64,000 nt of DNA from Phoronis australis (taxonomy: Eukaryota; Animalia; Phoronida), in NCBI GenBank assembly GCA_002633005.1, contig NMRA01000001.1, positions 2,401,695 through 2,465,694 of the forward strand. Direction: 5' to 3'. Below are positions 13,372 to 25,900 of this stretch, piece after piece (the stretch's first letter is position 1; every line of letters begins with the position of its first letter). A model generated the notes under the pieces. It did not search any database, was not told the origin of the DNA, and was given only the letters and a program-made list of their open reading frames with translations. Position numbers and translations under genes: made by a program.

Positions 13372-13413
13372 GCAGCAGTAGCAGCAGTAGCAGCAGCAGC
13401 AGCAACGGCAACA
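13288..13413. repeat. (GCA/CAG)n microsatellite, non-coding
   Basis: About 40 near-perfect GCA units; source of the poly-L/C/A/S ORF artefacts. Confidence 0.95.
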
Positions 13414-13883
13414 GTGCAGTTTATATAACAAAATACATACTGTACATAAATATGCATTTTGGTGTAAACACTGGGGTGTCATAAACACTATAGTGCGAAC
13501 GGGGCTTAACTGTGCATCTATTGCATGGCTAGCCGACAGCTAACATCACCTCATTTGTCTCCGATCAGTCATTTCTGAGATATGATGTTCCGAACTTAGG
13601 TAACCACTTTTCTAGGGTACTATGTAACTTAAATTGCCAACAGAAAGTTGACAAGGCTTTCTCAGGAGTTTAAATATTACAAGACGTCCGTTTTTCTGCA
13701 TGAGAATGGAAGCCTATTAGCGTTTTAACACTGATGTTACATTTAGGATAACATATGAAGATGAAAATGGAAAATTAGCTAACAATCTCATGGGTATACA
13801 TTCTCTACTAATCGTTTGCAGGATCTGTAATCAAGCGTCTTGTCAAAGAGTGTCAACTACCCGAGCGAAACACGTGATATGCA

Positions 13884-13907
13884 ATGGGCATAACTGCAGC
13901 TGAAAAG
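13884..13907 (+). CDS. Coding part of first coding exon (MGITAAEK); exon acceptor at 13821
   Basis: tttgcag acceptor at 13820-13821, ATG at 13884, AAG|gtaatg phase-0 donor in frame with the first ankyrin exon. Confidence 0.6.
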
Positions 13908-16900
13908 GTAATGATAAAATCTACTGTTATGACAACAATTATACACCGTATAGCAACAATGATGTCACATTATCACGTGCCACGTTGTTATTGTTGAACA
14001 ATGCTCCTGACGTCATGCAACAATCAAACTTATCCAGCGGATAATTTTGAAGTTTTATACAACCCAGCGGAGATGACTACTTGTAAACAATCACGAATTA
14101 AAGTTTCTTTCAAGAAGCCGTCTTTTGTCAAACAGTAACAAAAAGTTGGCTTGTCAAGTGTCGGACATTTTATGTACGAAACACGGTATCAAATAGTCAC
14201 AAGCTGTCAGATCCAAAACCCATTTGTAACAAATAAGTTGAGACCATTTTTACATCGATAAGCGGTCTCAGTAAGTCAAAAGTTATTTTTTACGAAGCCG
14301 CGGATACATCGTGACTCTAATGAAACCAAACAAATTTATTTGCAATAATGTTTACATACCGAGTGTTGTAACAGTCATTCGAATATTACATAGACTTAAC
14401 ATTGTATAAGTATCATTAAAAAAATTCATCTTGATCTTAGCTTTTAAAAATTTTTCTTCATATACTAGACTTCGACACCATGCACGTTTTCATTTCTGTC
14501 TATTCCAATGTCCATGCGTCCATCCCTTCATCCTCCCACCCCCCAACCCCCCTCCCCCCTCCATCAATCTAATCATCTATCCATGTATTCGCCCACTCAA
14601 CATCCGTCCATTCATCTATCTATTCAATTATTCCTCCATCCACCAAAATACATGTACACCTATGCCGGTCTTGTTTCCATATCCATCTTTCTACCTCACG
14701 TTATTTTTATATTTCATTTATCTGCACGTGAAAGTGTTCTTGTTCGCCTTTATTTACAGGCCGCGGAAACGTCACCATTGCTCAGCGCAGCTTTTGGAGG
14801 TGACGTTGAGGCGTTCAAGGAGCTCTTAAGTAGAGACGCAGACGTCGAGCAACAAGATCACGTAAGGAATGCTTATCGTATCTTACCAATAAACCAAATT
14901 CATGTTCTTCCAATTTTACATTGGGAGAATGGAAGCTCTTTCTCATTGCAATGATTACTTGTGCTTCCTATAGGTTTTAGATGACCACCAGCAGCTTTAG
15001 CCGGCCTGTTTTATTATTTTTTTGCCGAATCTTTGTTCTATCTAACTGCATGCACGTATGACCATCAAATCTAGGTATAACTGACTAAATAAGTCACCAA
15101 ACAATGTGAAGACTATTATGTATCACGGCACCTGTTGAATTTGGCAGGTGACTAATGTCTGAAATCTTTAAGGAGGTATCGCTACATATGTTGATTAACC
15201 GAGGCCACCTTTTTATCTTATAGCAAGCATTGTTCTGGTTAAAATGTCAACTTTCTGATCAGCAACGCCATCGAGTCCCTGTCTTCTAATTTACAATAAA
15301 TCGCATGGGATTTTACTTGCGCCCATACTTTGGCGACTGAAACTAACCCGCCGTGACAGACAATTTAATGTGCCTGTTCTGAAGCAGTAAAGACCTGTCA
15401 ATTCTTCGTAACATTATAAATTGAGTGAGGAACAGGGTTAGATCGATTCTATAAAATTTGTGTGAGGCCTGAATCAAAAGTTGTTATTTGACAGAGCGCG
15501 CTTTTTTATTGACGTTTAATTTATGATAGTATTGAATATTGCGTTGGTGTTGTCGGTGGGGAAGAGCTGGGATCCATTCTACGAGAAGATCGGGCAAGGT
15601 TTGCTGTCCGAGTAAAGATTTTTGTGCTGCCTTCCACTATCTCATGTGACCAAAATAGCCATGACGTCAACAAGTAACCATGTCCTTGAATTGTTATCCA
15701 CTTGCAATTTCTCAAGAAATGTCAAACCTTCAGAGGAAACTGAGTGCCCGACCACCACAAAAATGGCACGGCATACCCTTTTGGTTTGGGACTGTTGCGT
15801 AAAATACGACAACTTGCAATGAACTAGCATCTTGTTCATTCAATTATTCTCACCTTGACGTGAGCTGTCAGCTCAGCTATCGTTCATTACAGGCAGACAG
15901 CTGAGCTCATAGCTCTTCGTTTGTGGTGGAACTTCACATTTGGCTATCAAACACGTAAATTACATGTGACTCGGGTGTCTATTGTGTATATATCACCACT
16001 GAGATAAACGCATTTTACTTTAACAATTGTAATGTAAAGATAAAAACATTGTTACACAAATCTGTAGAATCGCGTGAACATCTTGTTGGCCATTGTTTTC
16101 AGTTGGGAAGATCATGTCTACACTATGCTGCCGCAGAAGGTCAAACAGAAATTGTTAAGCTACTGCTACAGAAGAAAGCAGACATAAACAAAGAAGATAA
16201 CGTAAGTACTTGGGATGATCATCGTTATGGAGTAGATCAAAACAAAAGCTAGAAACACACTGGATGCCACCACGGAGTACCACGGACCTTTTCGCTTAAA
16301 CACAACAAAGAGAACTGTTCACAAAATGTCATTAAAGAAAACTGCGTCCCAAGTTTACAGCCTGGGTTTTCGCATTGCAAGATTACGTTTTGAACCTTTT
16401 CCGCGGTCATTGAAAAGTTTGTTAACATTTTGCTTCAGTTAAAACTGCGGGCTTAGAAATTCTTTGGTGCTGGGACTGTGTAAGCGGACTTAAAGTTTCC
16501 GTTTTCAAGCCGACCAACTGAAATGTTCATCTGTGGTCTGAAGAAACTGGTGTTGCCGTTCACGTTGCGGAAAAGCCTTATCGGAGATTTTAGTGGCAAA
16601 GACACCTGGTTGGGCAAACAGTAAAAACTCTTGGAATTTCTGTTTCTTTCACACAACCACGTTTTAAGTAAAATTCTATTGTTGAATAGTACATTGATGA
16701 GTCACCCATAGATTAGCTTTACAGGGACTACTTGAAGTATCCCTGTATTTTGTGAGCACATAACTTTGATACCGGTTCATCCGGTATGATTGCATCCTAT
16801 TCCAATGTGTTTCAGTTGGGTAGAACTGCACTTCAAGATGCTGCCGCTGAAGATCACGCTGACATTGTGGAGTTGTTGTTACATGAAGGAGCGGATGTCA

Positions 16901-19900
16901 ACAGGCGAACAAAAGTATGTCATCTATGAGAACAATACATTTGGACCCCACAGATAAAGCTTCGATATGTACAGTTATTCCCGACAAGCTTAGTTTAGAA
17001 CTTCTTTTGTACTTCCGCGTCTTGGATGAACAATTCCGTTTGAATTAAACGTAAAAACGTTCAAAATAAAACCTTATACCGTTTCTGTACCCGAACAGCG
17101 AAAGAGCTTATAGGATCTTGGACTCTTAAGCTTCTGGACTCCTATATTTCTACGGTGATTGAAGTTGAACTGTAAGGTGCGGACACTGATGATCAGATAG
17201 CTAGGTGTACATCACCACGTTACCAAATAGTCATAGAATACAAATGTCCTTACAATGTTGATATTTCATTTGTTACGTTTTAGAGAAGGCGCAAGTTTGC
17301 AAACATTGAAAGTGGATTCAAACACTCTGAATTTTAAAACGTTTTTCGGCAGTGAACTGCACCTTCAAAATAGCTTGAACACTTTCAAGGTGTTCAGGTG
17401 ATTGATTTCTGTGCAATGTTTTTGTATCAATTTAGTGATCTCATTATGTGGCAAACTCCTGCAATGCTATGACAGTGTTTAAACACGGGTTAAATTGAGC
17501 GTTTTTTTTCACTTACTCCAATGCACTTTTCAGTGGAACAGAACACCTTTGCATGATGCTGTTTGTAAAAGTCGTACCAAGATGGCGGAGCTGCTTATAA
17601 ATAAAGGCGCAGACACAACAGTGCAAGACAAAGTGAGTACACTACAGACATAAACTACAGAATAATTTATAATTGTTTAATATAAAAGATCATCGATCGT
17701 TTCTGTTGGCTTTTAAACAACACCTGTTTTCAAACTTTTATTTTCTTGTCTTTCCCCGGCTCTTCCAGCCTCTGGCATATCTGCTACGAAACATTGTATG
17801 ATAATGGCACAGAATCCAATTGGCGCCATTGGCACCAATTTTCACAGAAACTCATATACCTCGTTTCCACTGTAACTCCGGATTGGCCTAGTTTTAAATC
17901 GATAGAGCCACATTGGTCTCAAGTTGCTGCGCTTCGACATTCTCATAATGCTGGATAACAACGACATCGCAATACTGCGCTTCAAGTCGCCATTTTTAAG
18001 GAAGGGTTTTGAGTCATGCGACAAAGATATTTTCCAGCGTATATGTTTTGAGATTTTATGCAAACCAGCCCTGATAAGTTAACGGATAATGAATATATTT
18101 GAAGCATAGCACAAGAAATGGTTTCTCTTTCTTCGTTATAGTGGGGAAAAACCCCGATGCATTATGCCTCCGAGGAAGGATGCTTAGACATGGTAAAGTT
18201 GCTGCTGCGCAAAACTGTTGGGGATATCGATGTTGTGGAAGCAGTAAGTGTTTTTAAAACGGGTCAACAAACGATCCACGTTGCCTTATGTAGTTGGAAT
18301 ATGTGTGCGCTAGTTGTCAGTAAGATGTGTTAGCTGTGACTAGCACGACTTCTGTGAGGAGGTTTTTGTGGATGGATTCAATCTTTCCAGAATCGTCAAA
18401 AATCTTTCTAAACACTTCTAAATCCTTCAGTTCTTTTCATGGAAAACAATGTGCATCTACACAACATTTCGTTTAAAACACAACGTGTCATGGCAAAACT
18501 TTGTATCAATTTCAAATACTCCTAAAGTTGTTTCAAAGACACTTATTGTTGGTATCAAATGCTCAAAAACGTTGTCATGGTTAAAAAGAACTCAAATGAG
18601 AGTCCAGTAGCAGGTTTCATGAAACAATCACAAATAGGGACTCAACTATGATTATTAAGTTTTCAAGTTGGTGAAGTTGGGAAAAACACGTGCTGCTTGC
18701 CCTTCCTCATGATGTTTTATTTTTAATTACTTAAGTTCATTGTTGGCTTTCAAACACACTAAGAGTAAACTTTGCGTTGAAATCTCAATTATTAAAAACA
18801 ACAGGGATTATTTGATGAACGCCCCTAAGGACTAAGCTCTTATCAATTTTCTTTGAAACAAAGACTCACTTTTAAATATATTATTAGTAAATGTGCTAAG
18901 TCAAAGAGGATCTCGTAATGGAGATAAAGTGATAGAACAGCATACACTTGTGAGGTAACAAAGACACATTCATAGTCCACGTAGTTGAGTTCCACACAAC
19001 CAAGCTCAGACACCTCAATATGGGAGACTGTCAAAAAGTTCGAGTTACTTTCTGAACGTGGACACTTCGTTAGCACTCGTGCACCATTAACTGTAAGGGA
19101 ATGTCCGAGTATTTGTGACTGCCTTCTAAACTGATTTGAAACTATTTGTCAGGATGGAAGAACAAGTTTACATTTTGCGGCAAAGAATGGAGACGCTCTG
19201 ATAGTGGAACAACTATTGGAACACGAAGCCGACATAGACAAGCCAGACAAGGTACGTATGATGAAGTGTTCAATAAAAAGTTTTCGTCAAAGCATTCTAG
19301 AATCGCCTGTTTCAAAATGACGATTTGCATAAAAGCTGTCTCATTCGTCACCGTTTCTGCTCGGTCCTAGAGGGATGAGTTAAAGTTCGACCTTCTCAGT
19401 ATTCGTTAAGCACTAGATCAATTTTTTTTTGCAGGAGGGGAGAACGCCGTTACATTATGCCATTTCTAAGGGGAATGAGGAGGCTGTGAAGCTGTTTATA
19501 CAAAAGGGAGCAGATGCCAATAAACAGAGCAGTGTAAGTACAGAGAATAAAAGGAAAATTTAGATCTGTCGTCAATAAACAGAATTATTTATTACTAAAA
19601 ATTAAAGGACAATTGATTCCGATAAATACCTGTAAGGGAAAGGCAGCGTTTTTTGATGTTATGTTTTCTAAAAATACAGATGTCAGATTAGCAAAGAGCG
19701 ATATTTCAGCTTCAACGCACTGTTCTTTTGTTGTAAATGCCTGTAGTTTCGTAGGCCTATGTATATAGGATTGACCCTATTTGGGAACAGTGGCTTGCTG
19801 CATGGATAGGAACATTTAACGTTTCACGTCAATACGCAGTGTAGTTGATCTATTAAATAATCTATGCACAACGTTTCATTAGGTCCTATGTCAAAAATTG

Positions 19901-22900
19901 ACATGCGTGGATTGGACAGCAATCTCCATCGCGAGTCGAATGAAGGTCGGCAAACCGGATGTGCTCTATCTCAAATGGCATATCAAGTTCTGATCCTGAA
20001 ACGTCATGTGCCAGCACACAGTCCAATTTATCGTATTCACATGGGCGCACTCACCCTAAAAATGGGAGGATTGAATTTTTTATAATGTGGACCTTTTACT
20101 AAGTTTCACAGTGTACGTTCAGAGCTATGAATTGTGCCTTTGCCGAATTTTGGCATTTCCTGCCATTTAGTGAACCTTTATCTCGTTTTTTAAGTTTTAG
20201 GAGTTTTTATTTCTCTGAGGCGAACCTTTTTGCCCACTTCGCCAAGTGGGGGGAGCACGTTCGAGACCCCTGAGCCCCCCGTTGCGCTCATGATTCGGCA
20301 GTAGTGACAAACAATCACAAATGACAATCAGGGCCAGGAATGTATGTATACGATTTTTGTTTAAAGACCAACACTCCTTGCGACTTTTGAAATTTGCGAC
20401 TTGCAGTTCGCTGTCAGGCAGCTTGGATCTATACTTAACGTTTGTCGAAAACCTATCTAGGCACAAATAGTATTACTTCCATAATTGTTGTTAACCGTGT
20501 TTGTCTTTCAGAGCAAAAAAACCCCTTTACACGCCGCAGTTGATAAAGGGAATATGTCTATTTTTAATCTGCTCATGGCCGAGGAGGTTGATGCTAGCTT
20601 GAAAGACAACGTGAGTAAATGTCATTTTAATATGGATAGATTATTTATGACCGTTAAGGGATATCATCGTTTATTACCGAAAAACGCTTTTTTGGGTTTA
20701 TTGTTGGATGGGATAGGAGTCTTAAAGTTGTTAGCTTTGGTCAGAGCTGTAAAACAATCGAATTCCAAATGTTTTGTGGCTCATTACAAATCAACAATTC
20801 CCCTCATTGTCTGCCAGACATTCGACAAAATCAGGGCCGATGTCTTTACCATTTATTTTTTACCCTTATACTTCAATTTGCTACTATAACTCGTGGGATT
20901 TGGCTCAGTGGCTGGTATTGAGGAACTAGTGGGTTTGATTCTTCGATACTGCAGATTTTTGTAAAATTACTTTTCTTGCCCAGCCAGTACCCCTTTGATG
21001 GACACTGCACAGTTTTAAACCTGCACGTTACTCGTCTAATAAACTTCAATACTCTAATCAAAAGGAGACTTAATCTAACAATCAAAATGTTAAAATTCGC
21101 TACAACACATTGTGAGATATCTGGTAGAAGTTGCTGAACTACAACTTAGCCTTCCATTACAACAAAGCGACTTTTGGTTTAGACCGCTTACCGTTATGAA
21201 ATTCTCTTCAGGTTTAAACAAATGTGAGACGATTTCATGGCTTCGGGTGAACTGACAGTTAATTATTTCTCGAGAATAGGCTCTACAAGTTGACTCGTCA
21301 CGGCGCGTCAATTTATTCGCCGAACACAGTCTCGAACAATGAGAAAGTAGCAGCAAGTGGCCTTAATTAAAACTTTGTTTCTTCCACGGAACGCAGGTTT
21401 ATTTATGCTTTAAAACATAAACTTTCGATTCTTTTATTTAAATATTCCACGATTTTAGTTTCCATCTTGAATAATTATTGCGTACTGTGGAAAAATGTTT
21501 TTATTTGGCCCTTTGATACCAACGACTGCTTTAAATTTGTAAGCACTGAATTGCTTTATCTTCTAGTGGGCTAGGAGCCCTTTGCATTACGCAGCTGCAG
21601 GAGGGCTCAACGAAATGGTGGAACCACTGTTGAAAAGAGCCCCGGATGATATTAATCAGCAAGACAAGGTACAGGACGGCTGTTTTAATAATTGCAATTT
21701 ATTTTAAAAGCGAACGAAGCATATTATTTTTGGCAAACCTGCTCCTCTATTATCACTCAAATGATTTGGACAAGTTATGAAGTTATAAACTCATATTTCA
21801 GGGTCAATAATTCTTGGCTCTGGCTCGGTCGTTATCACGTTTTTTGGGGTATGAACATAATTACGGACCTCGGTAAAAGTCAATCATTCTATGATAGAGT
21901 AGTACTACCAAAAATAGGTTTTATTTCCCTGCCTGCATATAATATTTTTGATTGATGGGCGGGCACGCGTATTATCTATGTACATTATGTTACCTGAAAC
22001 AAACAGTTAAAAAAATCCCCCTGTTAATAGCATCCTACATGTATACAGAGCTCTGTGGCGATGGAAAAACACATTTAGTCACTGAGTGTCTGTAGTCACG
22101 TGACTATTTCTCTGTAAATTATTTTTACCTGCATCGATGCAACTTCCTTGACACGAAAATTTTAGTATTAGACTGAATGAGAACTTCTTTTTCTGTATGC
22201 TATGATTTCCTGTCAAGGCCTTTCGGCCAAAGTCTACAACATTCCGACTTCACGTCCATGAAAGTTATTCGAAAATCTCTGTGAAAAATGACAATATTTA
22301 ACCCGAGACCCCAATAATGTCAAAGTAATACCCTTGCATGTACGTGTGTTGAAGTACTGTTAGTAACATTAGGTGGTATTAAACATTAAAAGGATACCAA
22401 ACCCGGTTTTGGACTATTAACATATACTAAAAACGACTTTCCCATCCAGTTCTCTGGAACAATGCTCTGTAGGCCTAACACCCGACAATTCTCAAAAATT
22501 TGGAGGAAAATTTGAAAACTCCTTTTAAAGTCTGCTAAACGGGCAAGCTGCACTTTAAGCAAATTACGGTACACGGCAACAGTGTGGGGAAAAGACCACC
22601 CGCCAAGAACCATGATTCATATCCCATTTGAGAGTTTTTAGTCGATTCCTTTGGAAGATTGACACTAATGATGCATTAGCAGGTGACAGAAATCATTAAA
22701 ACAAGGTTTCCTTTTAACAGAACATGATGTACTAAAACAACATTCATATGTCGTCCAATCAGAAGGCGAGTCAGAAGTCTGACAAACGTTCGCATGTGAA
22801 TTTTTCAAATGGCGGAACAAATGTACAATCTGCCTTCATGTCAGAGGACCTCAAAATCAGACTTCGGATGTGGCTACTGCCTCCATTTTGATGGCCTCAT

Positions 22901-25900
22901 TTGTGATTAGTCTCCGTCTCTTTATGATGGAAGCATGATATTAGCATTTTACATGTTATTGTTATGCTAATTGCTCGTAATACAGCTGACACGAAGCTTG
23001 CGAATGCTGGTAACTGATCTCCTTTGGATCAGACGTTTTTTGTACCTTCCTAAAAAAATTTTACTTGTGAATGTGGTATATGGAGTTTGTCGATTTTCTC
23101 GTAAGAGTCATTAAGGAGTGTTAATGATTCTTAGTGATCTTGTTAGGTCCATCGGTGAATTTTGATATTTCTTCTTAACAATTTTACAAGATTGATTAAG
23201 CATTTGCTAAAACCTGTGAACGGTTATTCTAGTGGGGCAAAACACCGCTATATCTGGCGAGCTGTAGTGCGGGCGGAAATGCCAAGACAGTTGAACTTCT
23301 GCTTGAGAATAGGGCACTTCTGAACACGAAAGACGATGTGAGTATTTGAAAAATGGTACAAAGTATACGAAGGGTCACTGTAAAGATTGTGGAGAATTCA
23401 GGCAAATTCTAACAAGCAATTATATTATTGTACGACAGTTTATATTCATCAATAGCCACATTCAATGTATTCTGTTTGCAACCACATACACAGGACTGTG
23501 CTTGCACGCTCCATTACTGCGCTTTTGTGTGTAGCGTAATATTACTGCAAATTACTAACTGCGCATGCCAAATTTCCTTTTTGCGATTGATGATTCCGTG
23601 ATCGACAATTCTCGAAATTCAGTGTAGAGCAGTTACAAGCGGAGAATGTCCCTCTGTATTGCTTCTGCTCACACGAATGGCGTTCTTGTCACGGTTTCAA
23701 TCGGGATATCCTGACGTCATCGTTGACACACCATAACATAGTGGACGATTTTTTATGCAATTTCACAGCGACGACTTTAAAATCCGAGGCGCTAGCACAT
23801 GACTAGTGGTCTAAAGATTTACTGGGGAAAGCCAAAGCCTTTAATTTTTGATGTGGTTCATAACTATTTTTAATCATTAACTACGTTGCTACGTTGAAAT
23901 TGCTGGCGCGTACACTCGCAAGTGCCCGGCGTGCATTCGGTAAACTAGAGAATCTCGTAAAATTTAAGATCACACAAGACTTGGCGTCAAATCGCCATGT
24001 AAACGAGTAGAGCACGTGATCACAAGTGCTTCCTTTGCCAGATTCTTGCGTCTGCGGAACTCGAGCTAGGTTCATTTTCATGCGAAACTTAGAATGTGTT
24101 TGAAAATTCCAAATTTGCTTCCACTGAGCTGCAGTGGTCTAGCTCTATTCTTGGTCTGATTTACGATTCCCTATTTCAGAAAGGAAGAACTCCATTTGAC
24201 GTTGCCAAAAATGAAGACATGTTGAAATTGCTATATGTAAGTTGCATTTAATAGCTTGTAACTGTGACAATCGTACGCCCAGCAATCGACTGTGAACACG
24301 CAGAAACTCATGTAGTTTTTATTTCGTGACAGAGGTTTAACTAAATCACAATGTATTTTGTGTAGAATATAGATTGTACCAGTGCAACACATGGGATTTA
24401 ATGGCAATTGAAGAGAAGCCGTGTTAGATATTCGCGACGTTATTCTCTTTATTTTCAGGAAAATCTGGGCGTTATCAAAGGAGAACGCTTGAAATCCAAT
24501 GCTACAGATAAAGGTGTGATGAATAGACTACACGTGTAAAGCAATGCCTAAATGACTTCTCCAAATGTTTCTTTAAGTCTGATATTTCTCTGTGGAATGT
24601 ATAATTGAAAAGCAATTTGTTTGATTCTTTACGGTATATGACAAATCGCCTCTGGTCAACAGTTTGAACAATAGTGTCCGACGACTATGTAGGTCCAACG
24701 CGGGACCGTCGAATTTATAATAACGTCCTGAAGTTAGTTCTGGCTAAAGAAGAGTTTGTCGACTTATATCTAGTATGCCCCCCTGGAGTACTCGATTGTT
24801 TTAGACGCCGTAGAGAGCGAACATGGATCTATTTGTGGGAGAGCTTCAATGAAAAATGACTCATTTAGTCTCATGGTGAAGCACTTTTGGAAGTGTTTTG
24901 ACTTTTCATAGGTATTTTGTGACAGTTCTCTTTTTTAACCGTTTAAGTTAGATTGAGTACAAGAGGAGATGCTTTCAAAATGAGCACATCTTTTGCAACC
25001 AGATACTTTAAAGTTATAGTTAAATCCACCAAGGAATGTTTTGTAGCAATTTGGACTCCCAGAGTGAAAAATCATCCTTTCCAAGGAAAATAGTCGTAAA
25101 AACTTACCCATTTGAGTAGCACGTGCGGTATGTCTTTTCTGTGGGAGTACCCCGCACAGAGTTTAGTTCTTTTGATCTGATATCGTATGCTTTATGGAAC
25201 TAATTAAAAGCTTTAACAGCATCTGTATTAATTCAATTAACATTGACGAATATGCAAGTACTTTGCACGATAATCTTGCATGCATATAAAAATGCATTTT
25301 ATTATTTTAGCATTCTTGATCGGAGAGGATGGCGGTTCAGTGAAAGAAGAAGATGTTAAGATCAGGATAAAACCTTTTTCTACAGAAAAAAACTTGCAGA
25401 TTGAAGTTATCAGTACATCTTCACTTGTGCAAAAAGTGAAAACTGAGTTTCAAGATCAGATGTTTCTTCACCCCCAAAAAATTCGTGTCCTGATGGGTAG
25501 CGCCGAAAGCTTTTTAAAACCTGTAGAAGTTTTATTCGATGTTCAACGTATGCTTCCAGCAGAGGTCGCTGCTGACGATGGAGATTTTGTTCTATTGCGA
25601 AGAGAGTGGGATGAGGTATCGGACATGAAAAAAATCGAATTGAAACTGAAGGATGAAGCGGTTTTTTACAAATGTTCGAAGTTTTGCGAACACTGGCTTG
25701 TCTGGATTAGAAAAGGGCTCGTAAGAGGTCTGAAATTATTGGCTTCTCTTATTGAGGAGCATTCATTTAACTGTAAAATCTGTCCCTCAGCAACATTGAA
25801 AAATGGACGCACGGAAGTTAACTTGTTTTGCCACAGTGGTAGATCTGAAGAAATTCTACCGCATACATGCGATGACGAAGATGCCAAGGAGATCCTTAAC

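Noticed and set aside
13085-13488. ORFs with poly-Leu/Cys/Ala/Ser runs
   Set aside because: Translations of the (GCA)n microsatellite; no splice or domain support, and not part of the reconstructed CDS.
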